Source: Eledone cirrhosa
Lineage: Eukaryota
DNA: 64,000 bases
Direction: 5' to 3'
Assembly: GCA_964016885.1 (NCBI GenBank)
Contig: OZ024743.1
Span: 79,298,001-79,362,000 of the forward strand
This document shows, piece after piece, positions 39,107-50,507 of the stretch; position 1 is the first letter of the stretch, and each line of letters starts with the position of its first letter. The notes under the pieces are model-generated. The model was given only the letters and a program-made list of their open reading frames with translations. It ran no database searches and was not told the DNA's origin. The position numbers and the translations under genes were made by a program.

Positions 39107-39186
39107 AAGGGGAAATAACTGTGTTGGATTAGTGCTGCCATCTAAGAAGAGTGTTGAGAACTATATTATCTGCAAGGGAGGTAACT
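39107..39186 (+). promoter_or_regulatory. candidate proximal promoter motifs of MRPS34
   Basis: AAGGGGAAATAACT (39107) and AAGGGAGGTAACT (39174) flank GCCATCT (39137), all within 110 bp of the ATG. Confidence 0.4.
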
Positions 39187-39211
39187 ATCACAGCAGTGTT
39201 GCGAGGTCAAA

Positions 39212-39397
39212 ATGAGAATCATCCGTAAGATTGGCAAAGTCAACTTAGGATGGAGTGGAAAAACCCTGTTTAACATTGCTTCCAACCTCAAAGACAATGG
39301 TGTGGGACGTGTGGTTGTCAGACATAGCTTCCTCAATGTATATCCAGAGAAAAGTTATTACAGATTAACAGAAGTAGAACCAAACTTCCGTGACGGC
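39212..39397 (+). CDS. MRPS34: mitochondrial ribosomal protein S34, coding exon 1
   Basis: GKTLFNIASNLKDNGVGRVVVRHSF..YPEKSYYRLTEVEP matches the mS34 N-terminal half as recalled; phase-0 donor GTAAGT at 39398. Confidence 0.88.
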
Positions 39398-39863
39398 GTA
39401 AGTTTCTTTTATGTATCAACGACATTATATTTATAATGTTCTTCAAATCTAGCCGAGGTTAACTTTGCTTTTCATCCATACGGGGTCGATAAAATAAAGT
39501 GCCAGTAATGTACTGGGTAAATGCTGGCCTTATGCCAAAAGTAGAAACAATTATATTTATAATGTTCTTCTCAACGAATTGCGAGTAATTTATAATGTTA
39601 TTTACTCATTTGTAATGTTGTATATATTTAAAACATATTTGTTATGTTATTTATACAACAGTGCATAAAATATATATAACATTTCTTAATTAATACTATA
39701 TACAGTTAAATGTCCCCTCTCAATGTGAATGTTTATAACGATTACTGGGAAATTAGGAAGGGAGCATAATATGTTCATTGTTTGGGTATCATAATTAGCA
39801 ATAGATCAGGTTTGAAGAAAATGAAAATATCCAGTTCGTTACACACACACACACGTGCCCGCG

Positions 39864-40081
39864 CGAAGGGTTGCTGAAAAATTCCTGGCTTTGTCGCTGC
39901 TACGGAGGCCTGGGCTGGAGACCCGACCTTCTGAGTTCTTTTTAAAGGGCTTAGAAAAACTGAAGAACCGCTGCAATAAGTGTGTGAATCTGGGAGGGAA
40001 ATATGTTGAATAATATCATAATTAACTGATCCTCCTGTATTTTCTTTTACCCCAAACCAGGAACTTTACAGCACACACTCG
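39864..40081 (+). mobile_element. internally deleted mariner element (MITE) in the MRPS34 intron
   Basis: TIRs CGAAGGGTTGCTGAAAAATTCCTGG / CCAGGAACTTTACAGCACACACTCG|TA; retains the transposase C-terminus GLEKLKNRCNKCVNLGGKYVE*. Confidence 0.75.
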
Positions 40082-40519
40082 TACACGTGAGCGGATGAGG
40101 TAACCTTAACCCTTACCTTGACTGATATTATTCCTAAAAGTTGACTGAAATTTAGGGTTTATATAAGGACCAGAAGTTCAGCAATTTTAAAAATTTATTT
40201 TACTTTTTGTTGTTGTTAGGTGAAAGATTGAAGTTGTAGAGAATCATTGTGCTTTCGTTCTGTAAGCATTGCATTATTATATCAAATCCCGCTGAGGTTA
40301 ACTTTGCCTTTCATCCTTACGTGGTCGATAAAATAAAGTACCAGTAATACACTGGATATTTGCGGGCCTTGTGCCTAACGTAGAAACAATTATTATATTT
40401 CTTTTGTAAGACTGGGTTTCTTACAAATGGGAGTGAAAATATAAACACATGATATATACAAAGCATATAAATAAATTTACAGTAGAATAACATAACAAAT
40501 ATGTTTTAGATATATACAT

Positions 40520-40850
40520 AAATAACATTACAAATGCTTAGATAACATTATAAATTGCTCGCAATTCTTTCAGAAAGATATATTCCTTTAATGTTGCAAT
40601 ATTAAAGAAAATGTAAAGGAAAGGGTGAACAACGGAGCCAACACCAGAGCAAAAGACAGCAGCGTCGCGAGGAATACTGGGCAACCTCTCTAATGATTTT
40701 TTAGGCAAGCCAGCACACTGGTAGTGTTGCCTCAGGTGATGGCGAGACTAATGCGCTGGAAAAACCAAGCGCCCTCGCGAGATCACCAGTCACCTCTATT
40801 AGGCGAGCCGCCAGTGAAGAGAGGAACCTCGCAGTCAGTGGCCTGACACC
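40520..40850 (-). mobile_element. CRE-clade 3' fragment
   Basis: Reverse complement of 38198-38500. Confidence 0.8.
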
Positions 40851-40971
40851 TGAAAACCAAGGTGCATGGCTATGATTAATACGACTTTACACTAAACCCT
40901 AACACTAACAGACCCTAATCAGTGTTCTATAATATAGAATCTATATCATCAATGGTTACCCACATTATTGT

Positions 40972-41148
40972 CTATCGGTAGAGGATCGTACGTCATGCTT
41001 TGACGCATAGAGTGACGGCCCTTGCCATTCTGAGTTCAAATCCCGCCGAGGTTAACTTTGCCTTTCATCCTTACGGGGTCGATAAAATAAAGTACCAGTA
41101 ATGTACTGGTTAATTGCTGGCCTTATGCCGAAAGTAGAAACAATTATT
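40972..41148 (+). mobile_element. SINE family 1 copy
   Basis: B box, core and tail; an inverted copy lies at 41395-41530. Confidence 0.78.
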
Positions 41149-41394
41149 GTCTATAGTTATTGTTTTACTGATGACTCTCCATCTCTGGAGTTGGTTAAAC
41201 AAACATTTATTTATCATTTCCAATCACATATTGATAATCAATAATATCAATCAGGATAATGCCATAGATTTTATACAGGGACGTAATGTCATTTCTACAA
41301 CCTTTTTCATTAATGTATATTTTTTAAATTAAATTTTGCAGAGATATGTTTTAGAAGAGGTGCATTACGATTGAAGTTGATAAAATTAAAATAA

Positions 41395-41530
41395 TAATTG
41401 TTTCTACTTTAGGCACAAGGCCAGCAATTAATCCAGTGTATTACTGGTACTTTATTTTATCGACCCCGTAAGGATGAAAGGCAAAGTTAACCTCGGCGGG
41501 ATTTGAACTCAGACCATAAAGGGCCGTAAA
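41395..41530 (-). mobile_element. SINE family 1 copy
   Basis: Reverse complement of the core, B box and tail. Confidence 0.78.
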
Positions 41531-41914
41531 ATAATAATAATAATTCTTTCATTAATGTATATATATTTTAAATTTATTTTTCGAAGTTCACAGTTGTATA
41601 AATAACATTACAAATTGTTTATAATTCTTACAGAATTAAAATATAAACACAGATAATAAATACAATTAATTATTGCTAGGAACCTCACAAATATAACACA
41701 CCAATATATGTGATTAAAGTGATAGAAAAGAAAGGAAAGAAAGATAACAAAAACAAGCATCAATTCACCACCAAGTGCGACAATAGGTCTCACAACACAT
41801 CAGGAAAAAATATATATAGTGTCGCTTGTTAATGTTTTATTGAATACTTTCGATCTGTGTTTGTAGTAGGTTAAACAAACTCTGAAATGTGTTCATTCCT
41901 TCCAGTTTTATGTT

Positions 41915-43225
41915 GATAATAATAATAATGAAATTATTGTGTACAGTGCTCAGGTGCACTACAACTCATCAAAGGTGCATGTAGAGTCATAGAATAATAT
42001 ACAAATGTCAGGGAAGTGAATAGTGTATGAGTCATGATATACATGTGTGCATGTGTATGGAGGGAGAGTATTAGGTGTAGTGTTGGCGAATCTCAGGAAG
42101 CATGGAAGTTTTAAAGGATGTAGTGTCTCGACACCTAACAACTGATGAAGGTAGTTTGTTCCATGGAAGTTTTAAAGGATGCAGTGTCTCTGCAGCTAAC
42201 AACTGATGCAGGTAGTTTGTTCCATGGAGGTTTAAAAGGATGCAGTGTCTTGACAGCTAACAACTGATGCAGGTAGTTTGTTCCATGGAAGTTTTAAAGG
42301 ATGTAGTGTCTCGACACCTAACAACTGATGCAGGTAGTTTGTTCCATGGAAGTTTTAAAGGATGCAGTGTCTCTACACCTAACAACTGATGCAGGTAGTT
42401 TGTTCCATGGAAGTTTTAAAGGATGTAGTGTCTCTACAGCTAACAACTGATGCAGGTAGTTTGTTCCATGGAGGTTTAAAAGGATGCAGTGTCTCGACAG
42501 CTAACAACTGATGCAGGTAGTTTGTTCCATGGAGGTTTAAAAGGATGCAGTGTCTCGACAGCTAACAACTGATGCAGGTAGTTTGTTCCATGGAAGTTTT
42601 AAAGGATGTAGTGTCTCGACACCTAACAACTGATGCAGGTAGTTTGTTCCATGGAAGTTTTAAAGGATGCAGTGTCTCTACAGCTAACAACTGATGCAGG
42701 TAGTTTGTTCCATGGAGGTTTAAAAGGATGCAGTGTCTCGACAGCTAACAACTGATGCAGGTAGTTTGTTCCATGGAGGTTTAAAAGGATGCAGTGTCTC
42801 GACAGCTAACAACTGATGCAGGTAGTTTGTTCCATGGAAGTTTTAAAGGATGTAGTGTCTCGACACCTAACAACTGATGCAGGTAGTTTGTTCCATGGAA
42901 GTTTTAAAGGATGCAGTGTCTCTACAGCTAACAACTGATGCAGGTAGTTTGTTCCATGGAGGTTTAAAAGGATGCAGTGTCTCGACAGCTAACAACTGAT
43001 GCAGGTAGTTTGTTCCATGGAAGTTTTAAAGGATGTAGTGTTTCGACAGCTAACAATTGATGCAGGTAGTTTGTTCCATACTTCGGCAACTCTGAGCGTG
43101 AAAAAATGTTTCTGGTAGTAATGGCAGCTGTGCTGTTTTCTGACTTTGTAGCATGTCCACGTGTGTTAGACACATGGAAATCAAAAAGGTACTCAGGGTT
43201 GTTGCTGGCAATAACATTGATAACA
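41915..43225 (-). mobile_element. CR1-clade LINE 3' fragment with an internal tandem expansion
   Basis: Colinear with 54558-54955 apart from the 61-bp array; (ATT)n tail. Confidence 0.88.
42101..43079. repeat. 16 x 61-bp tandem repeat derived from the CR1 ORF end
   Basis: CATGG starts at 42101, 42162, 42223 and onward; on the minus strand the unit reads WNKLPASVVSCRDTASFK. Confidence 0.95.
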
Positions 43226-43776
43226 TTTTAGATTTTCTACAAGAATTAATAGGTAATATTATTTCTACAATTCCATTCATGTAATCGTAATCTATCTTTT
43301 TAAAATGTATCCCAATACAAAAGGTACATTATTAATTAAATTAGAAACAAACAAAACCAATGAGAAGAGCACTAAACTATAGTTAAACCATTAAGGGTAT
43401 GTTGTTTTGCTGGTACAAATATGGACATAATTTTACCTCCTAATTACAATGTAACACAGTGTATCTAGGGATATATCAGCCAAAGTGTCCTATTTAAAGA
43501 CAGCAGTGTGAAACAGGAAATTTGGCTGCTATTTCCAGCAGAACAATTTTATCATGTAGTGGCTCCCCTGTTAGCTGCAGTTTAGCTAATTGCAATTGTA
43601 ATTATGGTGTGTTTGGTTAGTAACAATAATTGTTTAGCTTTCATTTAACATACCTGTGATTAAAGGCGTACCATTCAGACAGGGACACAGCCATGGCTGA
43701 TGAGTAGTTTACTTGACAAACATCAAGTCCCAGGTTCAGTTCCATTGTGTGGCATCTTGGGCAAGTCTTAAATTAA

Positions 43777-43984
43777 CCCTTTAGCATTTAACCCAGCCAT
43801 ATCTGGCTACAATTCTCTCACCTCTTTCTGTTCAAACCAGCCATAACTGGCCACTCATACTGATGTTAAGGTATTGTTTTCAAAATAAATAATATCAAAA
43901 TCTCATTGAATTGGTATTATGTGAGGTGAACACTTTACTGCAAAAATACAATAGTATATATAGAGTAATGTAAATACTAAAAGG
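43777..43984. mobile_element. piggyBac-type MITE
   Basis: TTAA|CCCTTTAGCATTTA...TAAATACTAAAAGG|TTAA; interior related to 3497-3876. Confidence 0.7.
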
Positions 43985-44252
43985 TTAACACTCGGTTTGT
44001 GAGTAAAATTTGGTAGACAGAATGGATGGATTGGACCGGTAAATTCAAAGATCCATCCTTGTTGCATTAGTGTCATGCTGAATCTCCCTGAAAATTATGT
44101 TAAAATTACACATGTCTGTGGAATATTCAGCCACTTAAAACAAGATGGATTGTATCTGTAATTCAGATGTCTAGAAATGTCATTCATTGTATTATGCTGA
44201 ATCTCCCTGAGAACTGCATTAAGGGTACACATCTCTGTACGCCTTTAATCAC

Positions 44253-45397
44253 AGGAAAGGCGTAGGTAGAAACTCCATTTTATGTCCTAAATGCAAAGTA
44301 TGGGTGCATAAAAGATGTAGTGGGATCACAGGTAAGCTAACTAAGAACATAGATTTTACATGTGGCCGGTGTTCTGGTGCAATAAGTAGCAGCAAGTGCC
44401 CACAAAATACTAGCTCTTTCAATTGCGCAGAGGGTTCTATAGAAATAGTGGACAGCTTCCGTTACCTGGGCGATAAAATCAGCAGTGGGGGAGGGTGCTC
44501 TGAAAGTACTGTAGCTAGAGTCAGAACTGGTTGGAAAAAGTTCAGAGAGCTTATACCACTATTAGCTGCTAAAGGGTTCTCCCTAAAAATGAAAGGCAGG
44601 TTGTACGATGCCTGCATACGAACAGCAATGTTGCATGGCAGTGAGACCTGGGCATTGTGTGCAGAGGATATACGCAGACTAGAGAGGAACGAAGCTTGCA
44701 TGCTCCGCTGGATGTGTAACAGTAATATACGTGAACGGCAAAGCATAAACGAACTAAGGAAAAAATTAGAGATAAGAGGGATCAGATGTTGTTTACTCGA
44801 GAGAAGGCTACGTTGGTATGGACACGTGATGCGCATGAAAGACGATAGCTGTATAACAAAGTGCAGGGCAATAAAGATAGACGGTAGCCACGGAATAGGC
44901 AGACCTAGAAAAACCTGGGACGAGCTGATAAACTCCGACCTCACACACTTACACCTCTCCAAGACAATGTCACTGGACCGAGACCTTTGGCGGTACTCAG
45001 TAACAGAGAAGACCCGTCTTGCCAGTAGGCATCTCTAACAAAATACACCCCGTCCCGCCACCACCCCCACCCATCCACACCACCCCGTCCTATGTAAAGT
45101 TATGTTGGTGCCGCGCCATCCAGGCCGAAACAAATGAGATCGTGTAGGTGTCACGACAAAAAAACACACAGTCCACGCTGTAATGTGGCCGTGTAGGCAA
45201 CACGGTAAAAACCTCCCAGACCCACACTGTAAATGTGGTTGGTGTTAGGAAGGGCATCCAACTGTAGAAAACCTGCCAGACAGTCCTATGCGAGCAAGAC
45301 AATCACTCTTGCCTCAAGTGGGACTACCCCCGTCCAAACCCATGCAAGCGTGGAACACGGACGTTAAACGTTGATGATGATGATGATGATGATGATG
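44253..45397 (+). mobile_element. 5'-truncated RTE-clade LINE, family A (MRPS34 intron)
   Basis: ORF 44304-45038, 3' UTR and (GAT)n tail. Confidence 0.92.
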
Positions 45398-45442
45398 TCT
45401 GTGGTTCCTATAATTAAAACACCCAAGAAACCTATTAAATAC

Positions 45443-45740
45443 ACCCTATTATAGACCACTACACTAAGATGTCCTGACATGCTGGGACTGCAGCCCCTAT
45501 TATAGACCACTACACTAAGATGTCCTGACATGCTGGGACTGGGTCCCCTATTATAGACCACTACACTAAGATGTCCTAGAATTTTGGGACTGGGTCCCTA
45601 TTATAGACTACAATGATCTGACAGACCACTACACTAAGATGACTTGACATTCTGGGACTGGGTCCCTATTATAGACCGCTACAGTATGGTGTTCTAACAT
45701 ACCACTACACGAAGCTGTCTTGACAGACCACTACACTCTA
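45443..45740. repeat. ~51-bp tandem repeat, ~5-6 decaying copies
   Basis: Units of CCTATTATAGACCACTACACTAAGATGTCCTGACATGCTGGGACTG. Confidence 0.85.
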
Positions 45741-46122
45741 GGACCACGTCCCCTGCCATGACCCTTTGTTATCTCTGTATATGGATGGATAAACTGTTTT
45801 TTCTTCTTTCCATCATGGTCTGAGTTAATAGGGGACAGAGGGACCTCATCTTTCTCATACATTCCACATTCATCATGGTTACTATGGATTGAAGCCTTTC
45901 CTAATGCCAACCACCTTTTAGAATGTACTGGATGTGTTTTTTGTGACATCAACACTAATGCTTTACAGGGTGTATCTGGCACATTTTATTGTTACACTAA
46001 CACTAGAAAGCTTGTCACATGCTTAGCCTGACTGAGGTGTTCCCTCAAACCCTATATTGTCTCCATTCAATTGCCAAACATTTTTATATATTTATTCTTA
46101 TTTCTATTTCTTCTTTATATAG

Positions 46123-46446
46123 ACCCGAAGAACAGGAAAGGCACTGGGTATAAAAGTGTTCCGAGGTAAAGAATACCCCAAACCTCGCCTTATCACTGCT
46201 GGCCACAAAGCTGACTGGAAGTTAATACCTAAAGAGGAAGAAGAAGAATTCTGTAAGTTAACAGAAGCAGATGTAAGAGAGACGAGATCAGTTCCATTGA
46301 CTGCACCATTCCCACCATTGCTTCGAGAAATGATCCTGGCTGAGCGCGCCCGTAAAGGAGAAGATATTACAGAAGAATTGAGGTTAAAGTTAGCAATCCA
46401 CCAAACCTCATTTTCTACTAAAGTTATACAAGATAAACAACGTTAA
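46123..46446 (+). CDS. MRPS34: mitochondrial ribosomal protein S34, coding exon 2
   Basis: Polypyrimidine tract and AG at 46121-46122; in-frame TRRTGKALGIKVFRGK...HKADWKLIPKEEEEEF...PFPPLLREMI. Joined product is 169 aa. Confidence 0.88.
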   Translation, partial: TRRTGKALGIKVFRGKEYPKPRLITAGHKADWKLIPKEEEEEFCKLTEADVRETRSVPLTAPFPPLLREMILAERARKGEDITEELRLKLAIHQTSFSTKVIQDKQR

Positions 46447-46599
46447 CAGTTTCGCAATTATATTCTGTGTATATATAAAGATTGTGATTTGTTACCTCAG
46501 AAGTTGTTTGTTGTATATTTGTGTGGATACTGTAGCATTGTGATTCCCAAACTGTGTATATGTTATGATTAAAATAGATTGACTGACGGTACAACAAAC

Positions 46600-47365
46600 A
46601 CTCTAGTTTTGTAATGTGGTTGTACTGGTACCTCAATAAAATACGTCCAGTATACTCTGTAAAGTGGTTGTACTGGTGTCAGAATAAAATACATCCAGTA
46701 CACTCTGTAAAGTGGTAGTACTGGTACCTTAATAAAATACACCCAGTACACTCTGTAAAGTGGTAGTACTGGTATCTCAATAAAATACACCCCATACACT
46801 CTATAAAGTGGTAGTGCTGATGCCACAATAAAGTACACCATGCTATAAAATTGTAGTACTGGTGTCAATAAAATACACCCAGTACATTCAGTAAAGTGTT
46901 AGTGTTAGTGTCACAATAAAATACACCGCGCTGTAAAATGATAGTGCTGGTGACATAATAAAATACACCCAGTACATGCTATAACATGGTAGTACTAGTG
47001 ACAATAAAATACACCCAGTACACTCTGTAAAGTGGTAGTCTTGGTGTCACAATAAAGTACACTCAGTACATTCTGTAAAGTGGTAGTGCTAGTGTCATGA
47101 TATAATACACCCAGTACACTCTGTAAAGTGGTAGTGTTGGTGTCATGATAAAATACACTCAGTTCACTCTGTAAAGTGGTAGTGCTGGTGCCATACCCAG
47201 TGCACTCTGTAAAGTAGTGATTGTAGCGTGATAAAATGTACTGAGTATATGCTGTAAGGTGTAGTGCTAGTACTGCAATAAAAATGACTCAGTCCACCTT
47301 GTAAAGTAATGGAACCACTGGCCCCACTATAAAATGCTGCCAGTAGATGCTGTAAAGTAGTTGGT
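46600..47365 (+). repeat. ~48-bp degenerate tandem array (~15 units) containing AATAAA
   Basis: Units of AATAAAATACACCCAGTACACTCTGTAAAGTGGTAGTACTGGT; related to the 8921 unit and ending in a degenerate SINE/LINE tail. Confidence 0.85.
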
Positions 47366-48391
47366 TTTAGGAATACCAACAGAATGGAATATATGAGTGA
47401 GATGTAGGCATCTAGCCTATCTTGCTTGAAAACCTGACAACCCATCAAACCCATGCAAACATGGAAAATAAACATAAAAAGGTGGTGATATTGATGATGA
47501 TGACATTGTATCTGTGTTGTGTAAGAAGTTACTAAAAGATTTGGACTAGGATGGGTATTTGGCCACAAAACATTGCCTGAAAATGGTCCACATTGGCTGA
47601 AAAGGTCCTTAAGATGAGTATGAGACCCACAAGGGCCTACAGTTTGCCTCTACAATTTTTGTTTGACAAATTTCACTCACAACACATTGGTTATCTACAG
47701 GCTACAAGAAGAAACTTTCTCAAGTCACCATACATAAAGCATAATAAAACCATAAAACATAAAACCACAGAGTTACGAAGCAAACCTGTTAACCACACAA
47801 GTGAAGTCAGGGGTTCTGCAACAAGTTGGGAAATTTGTCAGGCAAAAACTGAATGGTCTTAAAACACTTGTTTGTGTTATTTGTAGTGTTTCACACACAT
47901 GTAATCATACATGTGTATGACAAAAAACATCCAATCCCTCCTGTAAAGTGATAATGGTGGTGCCATGAAAAATGCTCCCAGTACAATCACTAAAGTGGTT
48001 GGCATTAGAAAAGGGCATTGACCATAGAAAACTGAGCCGAAAAACATTGTATGATCAACTAACCAAGCACATATAGCATGGTTTCTATGGCTGGAGGCCC
48101 TACCTAACTCTGACCACTTTATTTTACAGCATGTACTTCGAAAATATTAATTGTGACACTGATACTACCAGCTTACAGGCTGATTTTGTTATTGTTATAT
48201 ATATATATATATATATTTGTTTTGCAAGGTTTTTGATATGAAATCATGTGTCAAAACAAATATTGTTACACTTGTTATAAAAATGGCGTAGGCATACAAT
48301 ACAACAGGAGGAAACATAATAGCACCACTGATGATGTTGCAGATGTGCAACGAAAGAACTTTGATAGACTATATATATATATTTATATCTG

Positions 48392-48713
48392 TCGTGAATG
48401 ACCCAGCATGGATGTGTTGAGAAAGAAACTGTGTCTGAGAGGGATAGAATGTAGTGTGCAAGAGAGGAGACTGCGGAGGTATGGACATGTGATGCGCATG
48501 GAAGATGACCGATGGGTGAAGAAATGCCAGTTGAAGGAAGATGTGGTAGAGGTAGACTACGAAAAACTTGGGCAGCGGTGGTGAGAACACCTCAGATCGC
48601 TGAAGCTCACGGTGGAGATGACAAAGGACCATGACAAGTGGAGAGATGCTGTGCTGAATAAGACCCGTCCCACCCTTGCAAGCAGGGAAAAGCGGACGTA
48701 AAATGATGATGAT
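48392..48713 (+). mobile_element. RTE family C 3' fragment
   Basis: LRGIECSVQERRLRRYGHVMRM...[20 protein letters not shown]; (GAT)n tail. Confidence 0.8.
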
Positions 48714-48889
48714 CTGTATTTTTAACCGTTGGTCAATCAATGATAAACGTTGATTGCCAAATAAATTAACTATGGAGATATAAAAGATGCAGAAGCGAAA
48801 ACCAACCAAACAGTGAGTGTGTTCTGTTATTATTTCTGGCAATATTACAACAACATGACCCTCCCCAAGTAAAACAATATATATACACC

Positions 48890-49352
48890 TTCTTTGCCCA
48901 CTCCTTCCAGTGGGTCCTGTCAGAAGTAACCACTTCAAGTGATCTGGCTGGATCCCCAAGTGAGACCAGCCAAGCTCATGGATGTTATCCAACCATCTTG
49001 CTCGGGGTCTACCTCTGCGTCTCCTACCTGTTGGTTTTGCCCGTAATATCTGTCCAGCGATTCTTTCTTGAGACATTCTAACCACATGTCCATAGTATTG
49101 GAGCTGTGATCCCTCAATTCGGAGAAGTAGCAGCTCTACCTGGAGTGACTCTCTGATCTCAGAGCTACGCACTTTATCGAGTAACATTACTCCAAAGAAC
49201 ATTTGGAGGAATCCCATTTCAGCTGTTTGTATTCACGATCGTATTCTTTCGGTCATTACCCAAGATTCATGATCATAGGTAAGGGTCGGCACAAAAACTG
49301 AATTGAAGATAGCGAGTTTGGCTTTTACGCCTACCTCCCACCTGGCTATTAT
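48890..49352 (-). mobile_element. RTE (Rex3/Expander-like) family D, 3' segment
   Basis: KAKLAIFNSVFVPTLTY..ESW...EMGFL...DKVRSSEIRESL...YYGHVVRM...GRPRARW. Confidence 0.85.
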
Positions 49353-49364
49353 GCCTACCTCCCT

Positions 49365-49712
49365 TTGATTACTGAATGTGAAGCCGGGTTGGAAGTGGTA
49401 TCATGACTGGCAGGTGTAAAATCAATTAACTGGAATTTGCAGATGACATGGTGTTACTCAACTCGAGAAAAGATGATCTTCGACTTGCTCTTGATAGGTT
49501 TGATGCTGCGTGCTGCGTGGCTGGAATAAAAATCATTGCTGCGAAAACTGAGACACTCGTCCTCTCAAGGAAGCCTGCGCAGTGCACTCTACATGTGAAT
49601 GGAGTTCCACTGAAGCAGGTAGAGAAGTTCAAGTATCTCGAGTCCGTGTTCATGAGTGATGGAAGGCAGGAGGCTGAATTAGATGCAAGAATTGCAAAAG
49701 CTGGTGCAGTAA
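49365..49712 (+). mobile_element. RTE family D, inverted RT segment
   Basis: FADDMVLL...KTETLVL...VEKFKYL...ELDARIAKAGAV. Confidence 0.85.
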
Positions 49713-50507
49713 TATATATATATATATATTGTTATATTTGGGGATGGTCATGTTGCCAGCATTACCCATAAAAAAAAAAAACACACACACCATATGATTT
49801 TCACTTTTTAACTTTATTTTTATTACTAGTTATTGGTTAGGTCATCAAAGTTCTTTCGTCACACATTCTGTGACCTCCTCAATGACTATTCTCTTTTGTG
49901 CCTCCTCTTCTTGCTGATCTTATTCTGTTACTCTATTTTACATCAAGAATTTTGCCAAAAAATAAATAAACCAAAAACCTGCCAGAAACTCTTCTATATG
50001 AGTGAGACATGGTCACCCAACCCAACTTGCCTCTAATTGGGCTAACCTGTCTAACCCATGCTAGCGTGGAAGATAGACGTAATCGATGATGATGATGATG
50101 ATGATCGACAATAATGAGAAGGTTACAACTTGGCAGTGTCGTTAGAATGTCAGCTAGAAAGCTTTGCATTATTTGTTTTGGTTCTCTCCTGTCTGAGTTC
50201 AAATCCTGCTGAGATCAACTTTGCCTCTTATCCATTTGAGGTCGATAATAAAAGTCAATTCTTTCTCTATATCTCTTTCTCACTTCCATTCTCTTATTCT
50301 CTCTATCCTTCTCTGGAGAGACTGTTGAGACCTGGAGTGGAGCTGGGCTCCACCTGGTTTAAACAAATAATTGATGTATGTAATTATGGTGTCCCTAGGA
50401 CAACCGCAGGAATTATGGGAGAAAAAGGAAAGTATATATATATATATACACATATATATATATTGGTATACACACACACACACACATATATATATATACG
50501 TACACAT

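Noticed and set aside
50130-50507. N-terminal part of ORF 50130..50957
   Set aside because: Chance read-through of SINE and microsatellite sequence; only the part from GDFNGH (50511) onward is LINE endonuclease.
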